Assembly (NCBI GenBank): GCA_964367355.1
Contig: CAYIWY010000008.1
Location: 15,172-79,171, forward strand
Reading direction: 5' to 3'
Source: an uncultured Gammaproteobacteria bacterium
GTDB lineage: Bacteria; Patescibacteriota; Microgenomatia; Woykebacterales; RBG-16-39-9b
Length of the DNA stretch: 64,000 nt
Shown here piece after piece: positions 1 through 9,478 of this stretch (the first letter of the stretch is position 1; each line of letters starts with the position of its first letter). The position numbers and the translations under genes are program-made. Under the pieces are notes generated by a model. It saw only the letters and a program-made list of their open reading frames with translations. It did not search any database and had not been told where the DNA came from.

Positions 1-309
1 ATGAATGAAGTTTTCTATGAAATAGATGGGATAAGTTCGCGGCCGATGTTTGGGGGTTTTGGAATCTATAAAGACTCTCTTTTCTTTGCCTTGATTTCAG
101 ATGACGCTCTTTATTTCAAAGTCGATGGTAGTAACAAAAAGGATTTTGAAAAATTTGGAAGCAAGCAGTTTACGTACACAACGCTAAACGGAAAAGTTAC
201 GAGGATGAATTATTGGGAACTTCCGGAAAAAATAATTGACAATCGTGAGAAACTTGCCAAATGGATCGAAAAGTCAGTTGAGGTTGCCCAGAAGGCGAAA
301 AAGAAATAA
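1..309 (+). CDS. TfoX/Sxy N-terminal domain protein
   Basis: PMFGGFGIYKDSLFFALISDDALYFKVDG matches the TfoX N-domain signature. ATG at base 1, so possibly complete at the window edge. Confidence 0.55.
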   Translation: MNEVFYEIDGISSRPMFGGFGIYKDSLFFALISDDALYFKVDGSNKKDFEKFGSKQFTYTTLNGKVTRMNYWELPEKIIDNREKLAKWIEKSVEVAQKAKKK

Positions 310-362
310 GTTGCTTGCTTCTTTGAGGCTAATTTGTTATATTAAACAAGTTCTTATAAAAG

Positions 363-388
363 ACAACCCTTCGGGGCTGTTTTTTTGT
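363..388 (+). terminator. intrinsic terminator-like hairpin (CCC-TTCG-GGG stem) followed by T7 run
   Basis: acaaccc ttcg gggctgt then ttttttt, directly downstream of the TfoX ORF. Confidence 0.45.
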
Positions 389-413
389 TTCTCAAAGTCA
401 GTTAGTTTAGTGA

Positions 414-686
414 ATGGAGTCAGGTGTAGTGGTTAGTGAAATATTAAAGATCAGTGCTACTCTTCGCGGAAAGCGACGGCTTGAAGCAAAGATGAGGGCA
501 ATACAAGCACAAAACCAGCGGATATTCCGAAGCAGTCAGAAAACACGGTTTCTGGAAAACAAACTTCCCAAGGGAAATTTCTACTGTCAAGGTTGTCGTC
601 GTACGGAATTCATTATTCCCGGAACTGAAATAGAACGGGCAAAACGCAAACGCTGTGTTCCCTGTGTGGAATTGCTTTCGATGTAG
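414..686 (+). CDS. hypothetical small basic protein with CxxC...CxxC zinc-ribbon-like motif
   Basis: 90-aa K/R-rich ORF with CQGC...CVPC. A strong + strand terminator follows at 742-782. No clear RBS. Confidence 0.3.
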   Translation: MESGVVVSEILKISATLRGKRRLEAKMRAIQAQNQRIFRSSQKTRFLENKLPKGNFYCQGCRRTEFIIPGTEIERAKRKRCVPCVELLSM

Positions 687-741
687 TCGAAAAAAGAGAG
701 TTAAGATCAAGGAGTTCATTATGAGCTGGACAATTCTGTCC

Positions 742-782
742 CGTACCGATGTTTAATTATCGGTACGCCTTTCCTTTTTTTC
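742..782 (+). terminator. rho-independent terminator
   Basis: cgtaccgat-gtttaatt-atcggtacg 9-bp perfect stem followed by cctttcctttttttt. Confidence 0.6.
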
Positions 783-839
783 AAAAAACTAAAATTTGTC
801 TTTAAGTAAAAAGCGAAAACGAACTAAACCAGAAAAAAT

Positions 840-868
840 TTGACACAACATTTCAAAGCTGTTATAAT
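840..868 (+). promoter_or_regulatory. consensus sigma70-type promoter (TTGACA-17bp-TATAAT)
   Basis: TTGACA at 840-845, 17-bp spacer, TATAAT at 863-868. Confidence 0.5.
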
Positions 869-878
869 ATTATTACTT

Positions 879-903
879 AACCGCTAAAAAGAGCGGTTTT
901 TTT
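879..903 (+). terminator. intrinsic terminator (aaccgct-aaaaag-agcggtt + T7)
   Basis: Hairpin plus T-run only about 10 nt downstream of the predicted TSS of the 840-868 promoter. Confidence 0.5.
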
Positions 904-929
904 GTACCAATTTTACTCCTAAAATTTAT

Positions 930-2699
930 TTAGTAAATTTCGAATTTTTCGAGTAGTTTGCGGTTGCCTTCAATCTGATAATGAAGTAGCTCTGAATAAA
1001 TCCCTGGTTTTTTGGCCAGCTCTCCAGGGTTGCCACTTTCGACAATTTTTCCTTCATCTATTACTATAATCTTATCAACATTTTGAATCGTGCTAAAACG
1101 GTGGGCAATAATGATGACCATTCGATCTTTCATCAATATATTCAAGGCTTCGTGAACTTCTTTTTCACTTTTAGCGTCAAGTGAGCTTGTTGCCTCATCG
1201 AGAATTAAAATTGGTGAGTTCTTGAGAATTGCTCGGGCGATTTGGATCCGTTGTTTTTGTCCACCGGAAAGCTTGACTCCGCGCTCCCCGACTTCACTAT
1301 TAATTCCGTTTGGAAGTTTATCAACAAATTCGAAGGCATTGGCTTTTTTCAAAGCCTCGATGATTTCTTCGTCATTTGCTTGAAGGTTGCCGTAGGCGAC
1401 ATTTTCACGGATACTGGTTGAGAACAATTCGTTTTCCTGAAAAACCAAAGCAATATTTTGTCTTATCGATTTGTGGGTCAGGATTGAATATTTTTTACTG
1501 TTAAGTAAAACCTCACCACTATTTGGTTCGTAAAATTTCAGTATCAAGTTGATAATCGTCGATTTCCCGGCACCAGAATGTCCAACTAAAGCCACACTTT
1601 CTTTTTTATTTAATTTAAAACTAATATCGTCCAAGACTGATTCGGATTTTTCATAACTAAAGGAAACTTTTTTAAACTCTATTGTTGGTTCCTTGATAAT
1701 TTCAGTTTTTTCTTCTTTCGAGTAATCTTCTTTTGAAGGCAGTTCCAATATTTCAAAATATTCCTTACTACCAGCTTCAGCGTTCTGGATATTGGTCAAA
1801 ATAAAGCTCATTGCAAACAGTGGCCGACGGGCTTGGTTCACGAGCTGTAAAATTAAAACCAAAGTACCAATTGAAAAGTTCCCCTGAAAAGTTTGATAAA
1901 AAGCGATAATATTGATCAACAATAAAATAATGATTAGGCTGAGGTTGCGGAAAAAATCAAAAATGTGAAAGGTGCGACTCTGGAGAGCATAAATCTCATT
2001 TGATTTGTCCAGGTTGGTTTGAATAAATTTAAATTCATTCAATTGGTTGTTAAAGCTTTTGACTAGTTTTATGTTACCAACGACCTCGTTGATTCTTCCG
2101 CGCGAAAGATCCTCAATCGCATTTTTCTTTACTTCTTCCCTGCCCCAACGTTTTGAGGAGTAATAGCTTAAACTTAAATAAATCGGAAAAAGGATAAAAG
2201 TGAAAAAGGCAATTGGTAAACTATAAAAAGCTAAAACTGCAATAGTTAAAATACTTTGTAAAAAGGTCGGAAGAATAAAATTGGTAGCGCTATTAATGAA
2301 ATTTTGGATGGAGCTGATGGCGCGATTAAGTTGGTTAATTATTTTTCCGGAAATCTCGCTATCAAAATAACTTTGTGGTAGTCTCAGAACCTTATCATAG
2401 AATTTTTCAGTTAAAAATTTGCGAAGTTTGCCAGCAAAATGATCCCCAAGCCGCTCACTTACTGTATCTCCAAGGGTTCCGATAAAATTAAGTGAAAAAC
2501 CAATCCCGATAAGAACAGCCAAGAAAGTTACACTACCACCTTGGTTGTTAAGTTTTTTGACGATTTCATCAACGATGAATTTAGATAGAATTGGCGGAAT
2601 TAGATCCAGTAGTGCTCCGGTTAAAATTAGTGAGCCAATTATCAAAACCAGCTTATGTAGGGGTTTGGAGATAGAAACTATCTTTAGTATATTTTTCAT
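930..2699 (-). CDS. ABC transporter, fused permease/ATP-binding protein (MsbA-like exporter)
   Basis: N-terminal 6-TM domain. Walker A GHSGAGKST, signature LSGGQKQRIQIARAIL, Walker B ILILDEATS. Confidence 0.85.
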   Translation of the reverse strand: MKNILKIVSISKPLHKLVLIIGSLILTGALLDLIPPILSKFIVDEIVKKLNNQGGSVTFLAVLIGIGFSLNFIGTLGDTVSERLGDHFAGKLRKFLTEKFYDKVLRLPQSYFDSEISGKIINQLNRAISSIQNFINSATNFILPTFLQSILTIAVLAFYSLPIAFFTFILFPIYLSLSYYSSKRWGREEVKKNAIEDLSRGRINEVVGNIKLVKSFNNQLNEFKFIQTNLDKSNEIYALQSRTFHIFDFFRNLSLIIILLLINIIAFYQTFQGNFSIGTLVLILQLVNQARRPLFAMSFILTNIQNAEAGSKEYFEILELPSKEDYSKEEKTEIIKEPTIEFKKVSFSYEKSESVLDDISFKLNKKESVALVGHSGAGKSTIINLILKFYEPNSGEVLLNSKKYSILTHKSIRQNIALVFQENELFSTSIRENVAYGNLQANDEEIIEALKKANAFEFVDKLPNGINSEVGERGVKLSGGQKQRIQIARAILKNSPILILDEATSSLDAKSEKEVHEALNILMKDRMVIIIAHRFSTIQNVDKIIVIDEGKIVESGNPGELAKKPGIYSELLHYQIEGNRKLLEKFEIY

Positions 2700-2759
2700 G
2701 GTGGAGACCTTACAATTTAGAAATTGTGAGTTTCTTAACGATATAATAACAAAAGAAAT

Positions 2760-3062
2760 ATGAGTACAAAAGAAGCAGTTTTTCTAATGGTTAAAACTAT
2801 CCCTACGGGCAAAGTCGCAACTTACGGACAGATCGCCAGACTTGTCGATACTGGTCCAAGGGTTGTGGGTAAATATCTCCATCAAAATAAAGATCCAAAA
2901 ACTGTTCCCTGCCATCGAGTAGTCCATGCGGATGGTAGTTTAGCTCCAAGCTATGCCTTTGGTGGCAGTAATAAACAAATGCAGATATTAATAAAGGAAG
3001 GCGTTAATTTCAAGAATTACAAAGTTAACCTAAAATCCTCACTTTGGACCTCAATTACCTAG
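2760..3062 (+). CDS. MGMT-family (methylated-DNA-protein-cysteine methyltransferase) DNA-binding domain protein
   Basis: PCHRVV active-site motif with Cys. 100 aa, C-terminal domain only. Confidence 0.55.
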   Translation: MSTKEAVFLMVKTIPTGKVATYGQIARLVDTGPRVVGKYLHQNKDPKTVPCHRVVHADGSLAPSYAFGGSNKQMQILIKEGVNFKNYKVNLKSSLWTSIT

Positions 3063-3108
3063 CGTTTTACTTGACAGAAAACCTACGAAATATCAGAATA
3101 AGCTCTCT

Positions 3109-3717
3109 ATGAAAAAGAATATAAAACCAATTGTCGATTTTTTGTTTGAAGTTGGGATTCTCGCTAAAACTCCCAGAAGCGGTTTTCATTTTCTGGGAAG
3201 CGGTGAACAATCGGTTTCCGAACACATTAATCGCGTGGTTTATGTTGGTTATGTTTTATCGATAATGGAAGGCAAGGTTGATACCGCCAAAATTCTCAAA
3301 ATGTGCCTTTTTCATGATCTCGCCGAAGCTCGAACCAGTGATCTAAATTATGTCCATCAAAAATATACTGAATCGGACGAGTACAAGGCGATTTCTGATT
3401 TAGCTAAAACTTTGGAATTTGGGGAGGATATTGTGGACACTCTAAAAGAGTTTTCCGAGAGAAAAACTAAAGAGTCGATTCTAGCAAAAGATGCAGACCA
3501 ACTAGAGTGGATTCTTTCACTTAAAGAAGAAACCGATACTGGCAATTCTCGAGCAGAAACTTGGATACCTTCAGCAGTAAAAAGATTGAAGACAAAATCA
3601 GCGCAAGAGCTAGCGAAAAAAATCATCGTGACCAATTCCGATGATTGGTGGTTTGCAGATAAGAAAGATTCTTGGTGGGTTACTCGTGATCAGGAAAAGA
3701 TGAAGAGAAGATTTTGA
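3109..3717 (+). CDS. HD-domain phosphohydrolase (YfbR-like 5'-deoxynucleotidase family)
   Basis: H..G...SEH ... LFHDLAEARTSD metal-binding HD motifs. Confidence 0.6.
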   Translation: MKKNIKPIVDFLFEVGILAKTPRSGFHFLGSGEQSVSEHINRVVYVGYVLSIMEGKVDTAKILKMCLFHDLAEARTSDLNYVHQKYTESDEYKAISDLAKTLEFGEDIVDTLKEFSERKTKESILAKDADQLEWILSLKEETDTGNSRAETWIPSAVKRLKTKSAQELAKKIIVTNSDDWWFADKKDSWWVTRDQEKMKRRF

Positions 3718-3718
3718 T

Positions 3719-5356
3719 ATGGAAAATAAACGTTGGGTAGTTTACCCTAAAGTGGAAGGAGACCTTAAAGAGCAGTTACTTTCAAACCGGAAGATCGATA
3801 CAAAGGTCGACCAAGAGAATTTTCTCCATTCTCATCTCACAAAGTTAATTTCAACTGAAAAATTGTTTCCCCAAATCACTAAAGTAACTAATCGAATAAA
3901 AAAAGCAATTTCGGAAAAGGAATTACTTTACATTTACGGCGACTATGATGTTGATGGAATTACCGCCAGCGCGATTTTGTGGGAAACATTAGACTTGCTC
4001 GGGGCAAAAGTTTTGCCATACATTCCTAGTCGTCATACAGAAGGCTATGGTTTAAATAACGAGGCATTGGAAAGTTTAGCTAAAGAAGGGGCCAAAGTTG
4101 TTATCAGTGTTGATTGTGGAATAACAGCCGTTGAACAGGCTAAATTTGCACTTAGTCTTGGTTTGGATTTGATAATTACTGATCATCACCAACCGCAAGA
4201 AATCCTTCCGAAAAGTTTTGCAACCTTGCACACAACAACTTTGTCTGGGGCAGGGGTTGCTTTTAAACTCGCAACAGCCTTGCTTGAGGAATTTGGTAAT
4301 GGCGAAGGCGAACAATTTTTCAAAAATCTTGAATTAGCTACCTTGGGAACAGTTGCCGATATGGTGCCTTTGATTGGCGAAAATCGGGTTATTGTTAAAA
4401 ATGGCTTATCAACCCTTGGAAATTCAAATAGGATTGGTTTAAAAGCACTTTACAACGAGGCTACAATTGGAAAGGATATTGGTACTTATGAGATTGGATT
4501 TATGATCTCCCCAAGACTAAACGCCATGGGGCGGATGGAAAGTGCCTATGATTCTTTGCGTCTTCTTTTGACGCGTGATGTCTCGCGTGCCGAAAAACTT
4601 GCACAAAAGCTTGGGCAAACAAACAAACTAAGGCAAGACTCCACCCAAGAAGCGTTAATACACGCGAAAAATGAGGTAGAAAAAAAATATCTAGGAGGAA
4701 AATTGTTTGTAATTTCGTCTGAAAAATACGAAGAAGGGGTAGTCGGACTTGTTGCTGGGAGAATTACTGAAAGTTATCACCGGCCAACTGCTGTCATTAG
4801 TGAAAACTCTGTAGTTAGCAAAGGTTCGGCTCGATCCATCTCTGGATTTAACATTACAAACGCAATTGGAAAAAGCTCACCATTACTTATTTCTCATGGC
4901 GGGCATCCCATGGCTGCTGGGTTTTCGATAAACAAGGAAAATATTTCTAAATTTCGCGCGGATCTGGTCAAAGTTGCTGAAGAAGAACTCACCGAAGAAA
5001 ATCTAACCCCGGAGATAAAAATCGACCTAGAAATAAGTTTTAATGAAATCAACGAGGATTTAAATGTATTACTTAAAGAATTTGAACCTTTTGGAATTGG
5101 CAACCCAGAACCAATTTTTTTAACAAAAAGTCTTGAAGTTATTGCAGTAAGGTTGGTTGGAAAAGAAAACAACCACCTAAAGCTGACTCTAAAAGATAAA
5201 GAAGGTGTAGTTTTGGAAGCAGTTGGTTTTAGCTTGGCTGAGAAAAAACCAAGCGAAGGTGATTTGGTCGATATTGTCTACAATATTCGCGAAAATTTCT
5301 GGAACAGCCGCAAAAGAATTGAAGGTAGAATAAAAGATTTAAAAAAGATGAGTTGA
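3719..5356 (+). CDS. recJ: single-stranded-DNA-specific exonuclease RecJ
   Basis: DHH motifs (GDYDVDGITASAIL, ITDHH) and a DHHA1-like region. 545 aa. Confidence 0.8.
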   Translation: MENKRWVVYPKVEGDLKEQLLSNRKIDTKVDQENFLHSHLTKLISTEKLFPQITKVTNRIKKAISEKELLYIYGDYDVDGITASAILWETLDLLGAKVLPYIPSRHTEGYGLNNEALESLAKEGAKVVISVDCGITAVEQAKFALSLGLDLIITDHHQPQEILPKSFATLHTTTLSGAGVAFKLATALLEEFGNGEGEQFFKNLELATLGTVADMVPLIGENRVIVKNGLSTLGNSNRIGLKALYNEATIGKDIGTYEIGFMISPRLNAMGRMESAYDSLRLLLTRDVSRAEKLAQKLGQTNKLRQDSTQEALIHAKNEVEKKYLGGKLFVISSEKYEEGVVGLVAGRITESYHRPTAVISENSVVSKGSARSISGFNITNAIGKSSPLLISHGGHPMAAGFSINKENISKFRADLVKVAEEELTEENLTPEIKIDLEISFNEINEDLNVLLKEFEPFGIGNPEPIFLTKSLEVIAVRLVGKENNHLKLTLKDKEGVVLEAVGFSLAEKKPSEGDLVDIVYNIRENFWNSRKRIEGRIKDLKKMS

Positions 5357-5425
5357 ATCTGGACAAACTGATCACTTTAGAATAGAATGGTGGCTAAATG
5401 AAACGAACTTATTTATTAAATACAT

Positions 5426-6838
5426 ATGAATAAACAGAGAGCAAAGCGAATCTACATTACAGATTTATTAGAAAAATCCGGTTCTGAAGTCGAAATATTT
5501 GGTTGGGTAAATTCTCGCCGCGATCATGGAAAAATTATTTTTTTTGACCTTCGCGATTCTACTGGTTTGCTCCAAACTGTAATTACTCCAAAACAAGAAA
5601 AGGCTTATAAAATTGCTGAAGGTTTAACCAGTGAAGATTGTATCAAAATAAAAGGTGAACTAAAAAACCGACCTGAAGGTAATATAAACCCCGATCTTGC
5701 GACTGGGAAGTTAGAGCTAACCGCCACTGAAATTGAAATAATCGGAAAAGCGAAAGAATTACCTCTGCCAATTGATACCGATGGTCTAGAAATTGACGAA
5801 ACCGTCCGTTTGAAATATCGTTATATTGATTTGCGTAGAGAACGTTTGCAAAAAAATCTCAAAGTTCGCCATGAAGTAGTTACTCATATTAGAAATTTTC
5901 TTAATCAAGAAAAATTTATTGAAATCGAAACGCCTTACATGAGTAAAACGACTCCAGAGGGGGCTCGTGATTTCTTGGTACCTTCAAGGTTGCAAAAGGG
6001 TGAATTTTACGCTTTAACCCAATCCCCTCAGCAATACAAACAGCTTTTGATGTTAACCGGTATCGACCGTTATTATCAATTCCCGCGAGCTTTTCGAGAT
6101 GAGGATTTACGAGCTGATCGACAATTTGAACACACCCAACTAGATCTAGAAATGGCCTTTGTTGATCGGGAGGATATTTTGGGATTAATCGAGGAGTTAA
6201 TGATAAGTTTAGCCGAAAAACTTGGTAAGAAAATAACTACGAAACCTTTTCCACGCTACACTTTTGCAGAAGCGCTGAAAAAGTTTGGTGCTGATAAGTT
6301 TGACAATCGTAAGAATAAGGATGATAAAAATGAGTTGGCTTTTGCCTTCGTCATTGATTTTCCTTTATTTGAGTATAACGAAGAGGAAAAACGTTGGACT
6401 TTTTCTCATAACCCTTTCACTGCCCCGGATCCAGACGATATAGAAAACTTAAAGGTAGAAAAAGATATTGGCAAAATTGGGTCACTTCAATACGATCTAG
6501 TTTGCAATGGATTCGAACTTGCTTCAGGAAGTATCCGGATTCACGAACCAGAAATCCAAAAACAAGTATTCAAGATAATGGGTTACTCACAAAAACAGAT
6601 TGAAGATGATTTTGGACATATCCTGGAGGCCTACAGTTACGGTGCACCAGTTCACGGAGGAATTGCGGTTGGGTTAGATCGACTGGTTGCCGTAATTCAA
6701 GGCGAAAAATCGATTCGTGAAGTTATTGCTTTCCCAATAGCATCGTCTGGGCAAATAGCTGTTATGGACGCTCCAAGTGAGGTTTCTGAAAAAACTCTAA
6801 AAGAATTAGGTATCAAGCTAAATAAAGAAAAAGAGTAA
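5426..6838 (+). CDS. aspS: aspartyl-tRNA synthetase, short (archaeal/eukaryotic-type, no GAD insertion)
   Basis: N-terminal OB fold, QSPQ motif, class II motifs (FRDEDLRADRQFEHTQLDLEMAF, GGIAVGLDRLV). 470 aa. Confidence 0.8.
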   Translation: MNKQRAKRIYITDLLEKSGSEVEIFGWVNSRRDHGKIIFFDLRDSTGLLQTVITPKQEKAYKIAEGLTSEDCIKIKGELKNRPEGNINPDLATGKLELTATEIEIIGKAKELPLPIDTDGLEIDETVRLKYRYIDLRRERLQKNLKVRHEVVTHIRNFLNQEKFIEIETPYMSKTTPEGARDFLVPSRLQKGEFYALTQSPQQYKQLLMLTGIDRYYQFPRAFRDEDLRADRQFEHTQLDLEMAFVDREDILGLIEELMISLAEKLGKKITTKPFPRYTFAEALKKFGADKFDNRKNKDDKNELAFAFVIDFPLFEYNEEEKRWTFSHNPFTAPDPDDIENLKVEKDIGKIGSLQYDLVCNGFELASGSIRIHEPEIQKQVFKIMGYSQKQIEDDFGHILEAYSYGAPVHGGIAVGLDRLVAVIQGEKSIREVIAFPIASSGQIAVMDAPSEVSEKTLKELGIKLNKEKE

Positions 6839-6891
6839 TAGTATTATCAAGATAAATTTATTGAGCAAAAAAGTTAATCAATAAAGAAATT

Positions 6892-7956
6892 TTATTTGAT
6901 ATAGTCGTCAGTTACTGCTAAAATGTAAGCCTGGAAATCCTTCTTTTCCCCATTCACCAAACCTTCACCTTCAAAATTAAAGACTGGTTGCAGAAAGCGT
7001 ACTACGCTGGTTGCAGGATTGAAATAGCCTAAGGAGGTTTTGGTAATTGTAATATTTTCAAATTTTATCAACGGGTCTGCAACTAGAGCTTTACCGCGAC
7101 GGAGGTCATTGTAAGCTTGATCTGTTGTCTTAACCCCATAGGTGGCTATTTTGCTGAAATCTACATTCCAATAGGTGAAGTTTACTTCTAAAAGATTTAT
7201 TGGAGCAATTAGTAAATTGATTAAAGATAGTGAATGATTGGCTTCAAATACTGGATATTCTTTAGTTTTATAGCTGATATTGTCGCGGAATAATTCCACT
7301 CGGACGGCATTGGCTTCTGAATAACTACTGACTGGATTAACATCTTTCCCGACTATTTTAAAATAATTTACTCTTCCTGTTCCGGATTTTAGATCTGTTT
7401 TTAATGAAAGGAAGTTTCCGAGATACGATTTTGCTTTTGCGATCATTATTGAATCACTAGTTTTGAAAACTCCGTTTAAGCTCAAATTGTCAGTCGTCCA
7501 ATCATATGTGTAAGCAAAATTCTTTGTCACAATATTTACCTTCAGAGATTTGTTGGGTTGGCGTTTACTACCAAAACGCCACTCAAATTCTGAGAGTTTG
7601 GTTGGTTCTGAATCAAGACCACCGCCGGTAGCAATTTTTTTGCCTTCATCGAGGGATTTAAATTTTGATTCTGGCAAAGGGATAACAAATACTGGAAGGA
7701 TATTTGTTTCAGCAGGTAGCTTTCCTCCGGGTGTATCAAGTTCAAAAATAATATTTTTAGGATCAAAGTTGTAATCAAAAGGTTTGCTTATTTGGCCAAA
7801 GAGCGTGTTTGGGTCAGGAGATGGTGGTGGAAATACTAATTTCCAAACAAAAGATAGCAGTAACCATAAAATCCAAATCAAGGCTAATGCAGCTAGACCA
7901 ATTCCTAACCAAATAAGTGCTTTTTTAAATTTTTCTGCAGCAGTAGACAGACCCAT
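6892..7956 (-). CDS. hypothetical membrane-anchored (N-terminal TM) protein
   Basis: 354-aa ORF. N-terminal hydrophobic helix then a Pro-rich linker. No recognisable motif. Confidence 0.5.
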   Translation of the reverse strand: MGLSTAAEKFKKALIWLGIGLAALALIWILWLLLSFVWKLVFPPPSPDPNTLFGQISKPFDYNFDPKNIIFELDTPGGKLPAETNILPVFVIPLPESKFKSLDEGKKIATGGGLDSEPTKLSEFEWRFGSKRQPNKSLKVNIVTKNFAYTYDWTTDNLSLNGVFKTSDSIMIAKAKSYLGNFLSLKTDLKSGTGRVNYFKIVGKDVNPVSSYSEANAVRVELFRDNISYKTKEYPVFEANHSLSLINLLIAPINLLEVNFTYWNVDFSKIATYGVKTTDQAYNDLRRGKALVADPLIKFENITITKTSLGYFNPATSVVRFLQPVFNFEGEGLVNGEKKDFQAYILAVTDDYIK

Positions 7957-8046
7957 TAGTTGTTAGTATAGCGTTGTTTTTAATACTTATTCAAGTTAGG
8001 CTATTATTAGTTAGGATATAATCAATTTATTAACAGGCAAAAATCA

Positions 8047-9453
8047 ATGAAAAAAGTCAGAACTAGGATTGCCCCATCTCCAACCGGCAGCCCCCATATA
8101 GGTACAGCCTATGCTGCTTTATTTAATTATTGCTTTGCAAAACAACAAAACGGTGATTTTATTTTGCGAATTGAGGACACAGACCGAACACGGTTTGTCG
8201 CTGGTTCAGAAAAGGAAATAATGGAGAGTTTGAAATGGTTGGGATTAAATCCTGATGAGAGTCCACAGACCGAGGGTAATTTTGGTCCCTATCGTCAATC
8301 TGAAAGATTAGAAATCTATCAAGAACACACAAAACAATTAATTGAAAGCAAAAAAGCCTATTATTGTAACTGTTCTTCAGAACGACTGGAAAAACTTCGA
8401 GAAGAGCAGCAGGCGCGAAAGGAGTTGCCTCGTTACGACCGAAAGTGTAGATTTGATCCGCCGGAAAATAAAGAAAATGCAGTTGTTCGACTAGCGGTTC
8501 CAGATGAGGGTGTTACCATAATTACTGATAAAGTCCGAGGAGACATAGAGTTTCAAAATCAGGGAATTGATGATCAAGTTTTGCTGAAATCAGACGGGTT
8601 CCCAACCTATCACCTAGCCAGTGTGGTTGATGACCATCTCATGGAAATTAGCCATGTAATTCGTGCTGAAGAATGGTTGTCCTCGACCCCAAAACACGTA
8701 CTGCTTTACAAAGCTTTTGGTTGGGAAGTACCTGAATTTGTTCATTTGGCACTGCTTCGCAATCCAGATCGGTCAAAAATTAGCAAGCGCAAAAACCCAG
8801 TTTCCCTAACCTTCTATCGAGAACAAGGTTATCTTCCGGAAGCTTTTGTTAACTTTTTGGGTTTGATGGGCTGGTCAATGCCTAACGACCAGGAAATATT
8901 TACTTTGCCGGAAATGATAAAAGAATTTAGTTTTGAAAGGTTGGATGTAGCTGGTCCTGTGTTTGATATTGAAAAGTTGCGTTGGCTTAATGGGGAATAT
9001 ATTCGAGCAACAGAAAATGAAAGCTTACTAATAAAACTCCAAGAATTTTCAAAATATTCTAAAGATCAAATCGAGAAAGTTTTACCTTTGGTGAAAGAAA
9101 GAATGAAGATCTTGACTGAGTTTGATCCTCTAGTTAATTTCTTTTTTGAGGAGATTACTATTCCGAAGAGTGAATTTTTGCCAAAAGGAAGAACAGAGGT
9201 TGAAATAAAGGAAATTCTTGAAAGAGTTTTTCAAGATTTAGCAAAAATTGATTGGAGCGAACAAGAAATCGAAAAGATGGTTACTTTAGTTCAAGAAAAA
9301 AGCGCTTATGGCCGGGGGGAACTTTTTATGCTTTTAAGAGTTGTCGTTACCGGTAGCAAAACTACCCCTCCTTTATTTATTACAATGGAAGCCTTGACCA
9401 AGGAAGTTACTCTCAAAAGACTTAAAGCAGCTTTTGATAAACTTTCCCACTAG
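8047..9453 (+). CDS. gltX: glutamyl-tRNA synthetase
   Basis: RIAPSPTGSPHIGTAYAALFNY (HIGH region), KISKRK (KMSKS variant). 468 aa. Confidence 0.85.
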   Translation: MKKVRTRIAPSPTGSPHIGTAYAALFNYCFAKQQNGDFILRIEDTDRTRFVAGSEKEIMESLKWLGLNPDESPQTEGNFGPYRQSERLEIYQEHTKQLIESKKAYYCNCSSERLEKLREEQQARKELPRYDRKCRFDPPENKENAVVRLAVPDEGVTIITDKVRGDIEFQNQGIDDQVLLKSDGFPTYHLASVVDDHLMEISHVIRAEEWLSSTPKHVLLYKAFGWEVPEFVHLALLRNPDRSKISKRKNPVSLTFYREQGYLPEAFVNFLGLMGWSMPNDQEIFTLPEMIKEFSFERLDVAGPVFDIEKLRWLNGEYIRATENESLLIKLQEFSKYSKDQIEKVLPLVKERMKILTEFDPLVNFFFEEITIPKSEFLPKGRTEVEIKEILERVFQDLAKIDWSEQEIEKMVTLVQEKSAYGRGELFMLLRVVVTGSKTTPPLFITMEALTKEVTLKRLKAAFDKLSH

Positions 9454-9478
9454 GTCAATTTCTAGTACAATAGATTAA

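Noticed and set aside
236-719. Small overlapping ORFs 236-436 (+) and 444-719 (-) in the first intergenic region
   Set aside because: They overlap terminator hairpins, have no RBS and no motifs. Only the 414-686 ORF is retained, at low confidence, because of its zinc-ribbon motif and dedicated terminator.
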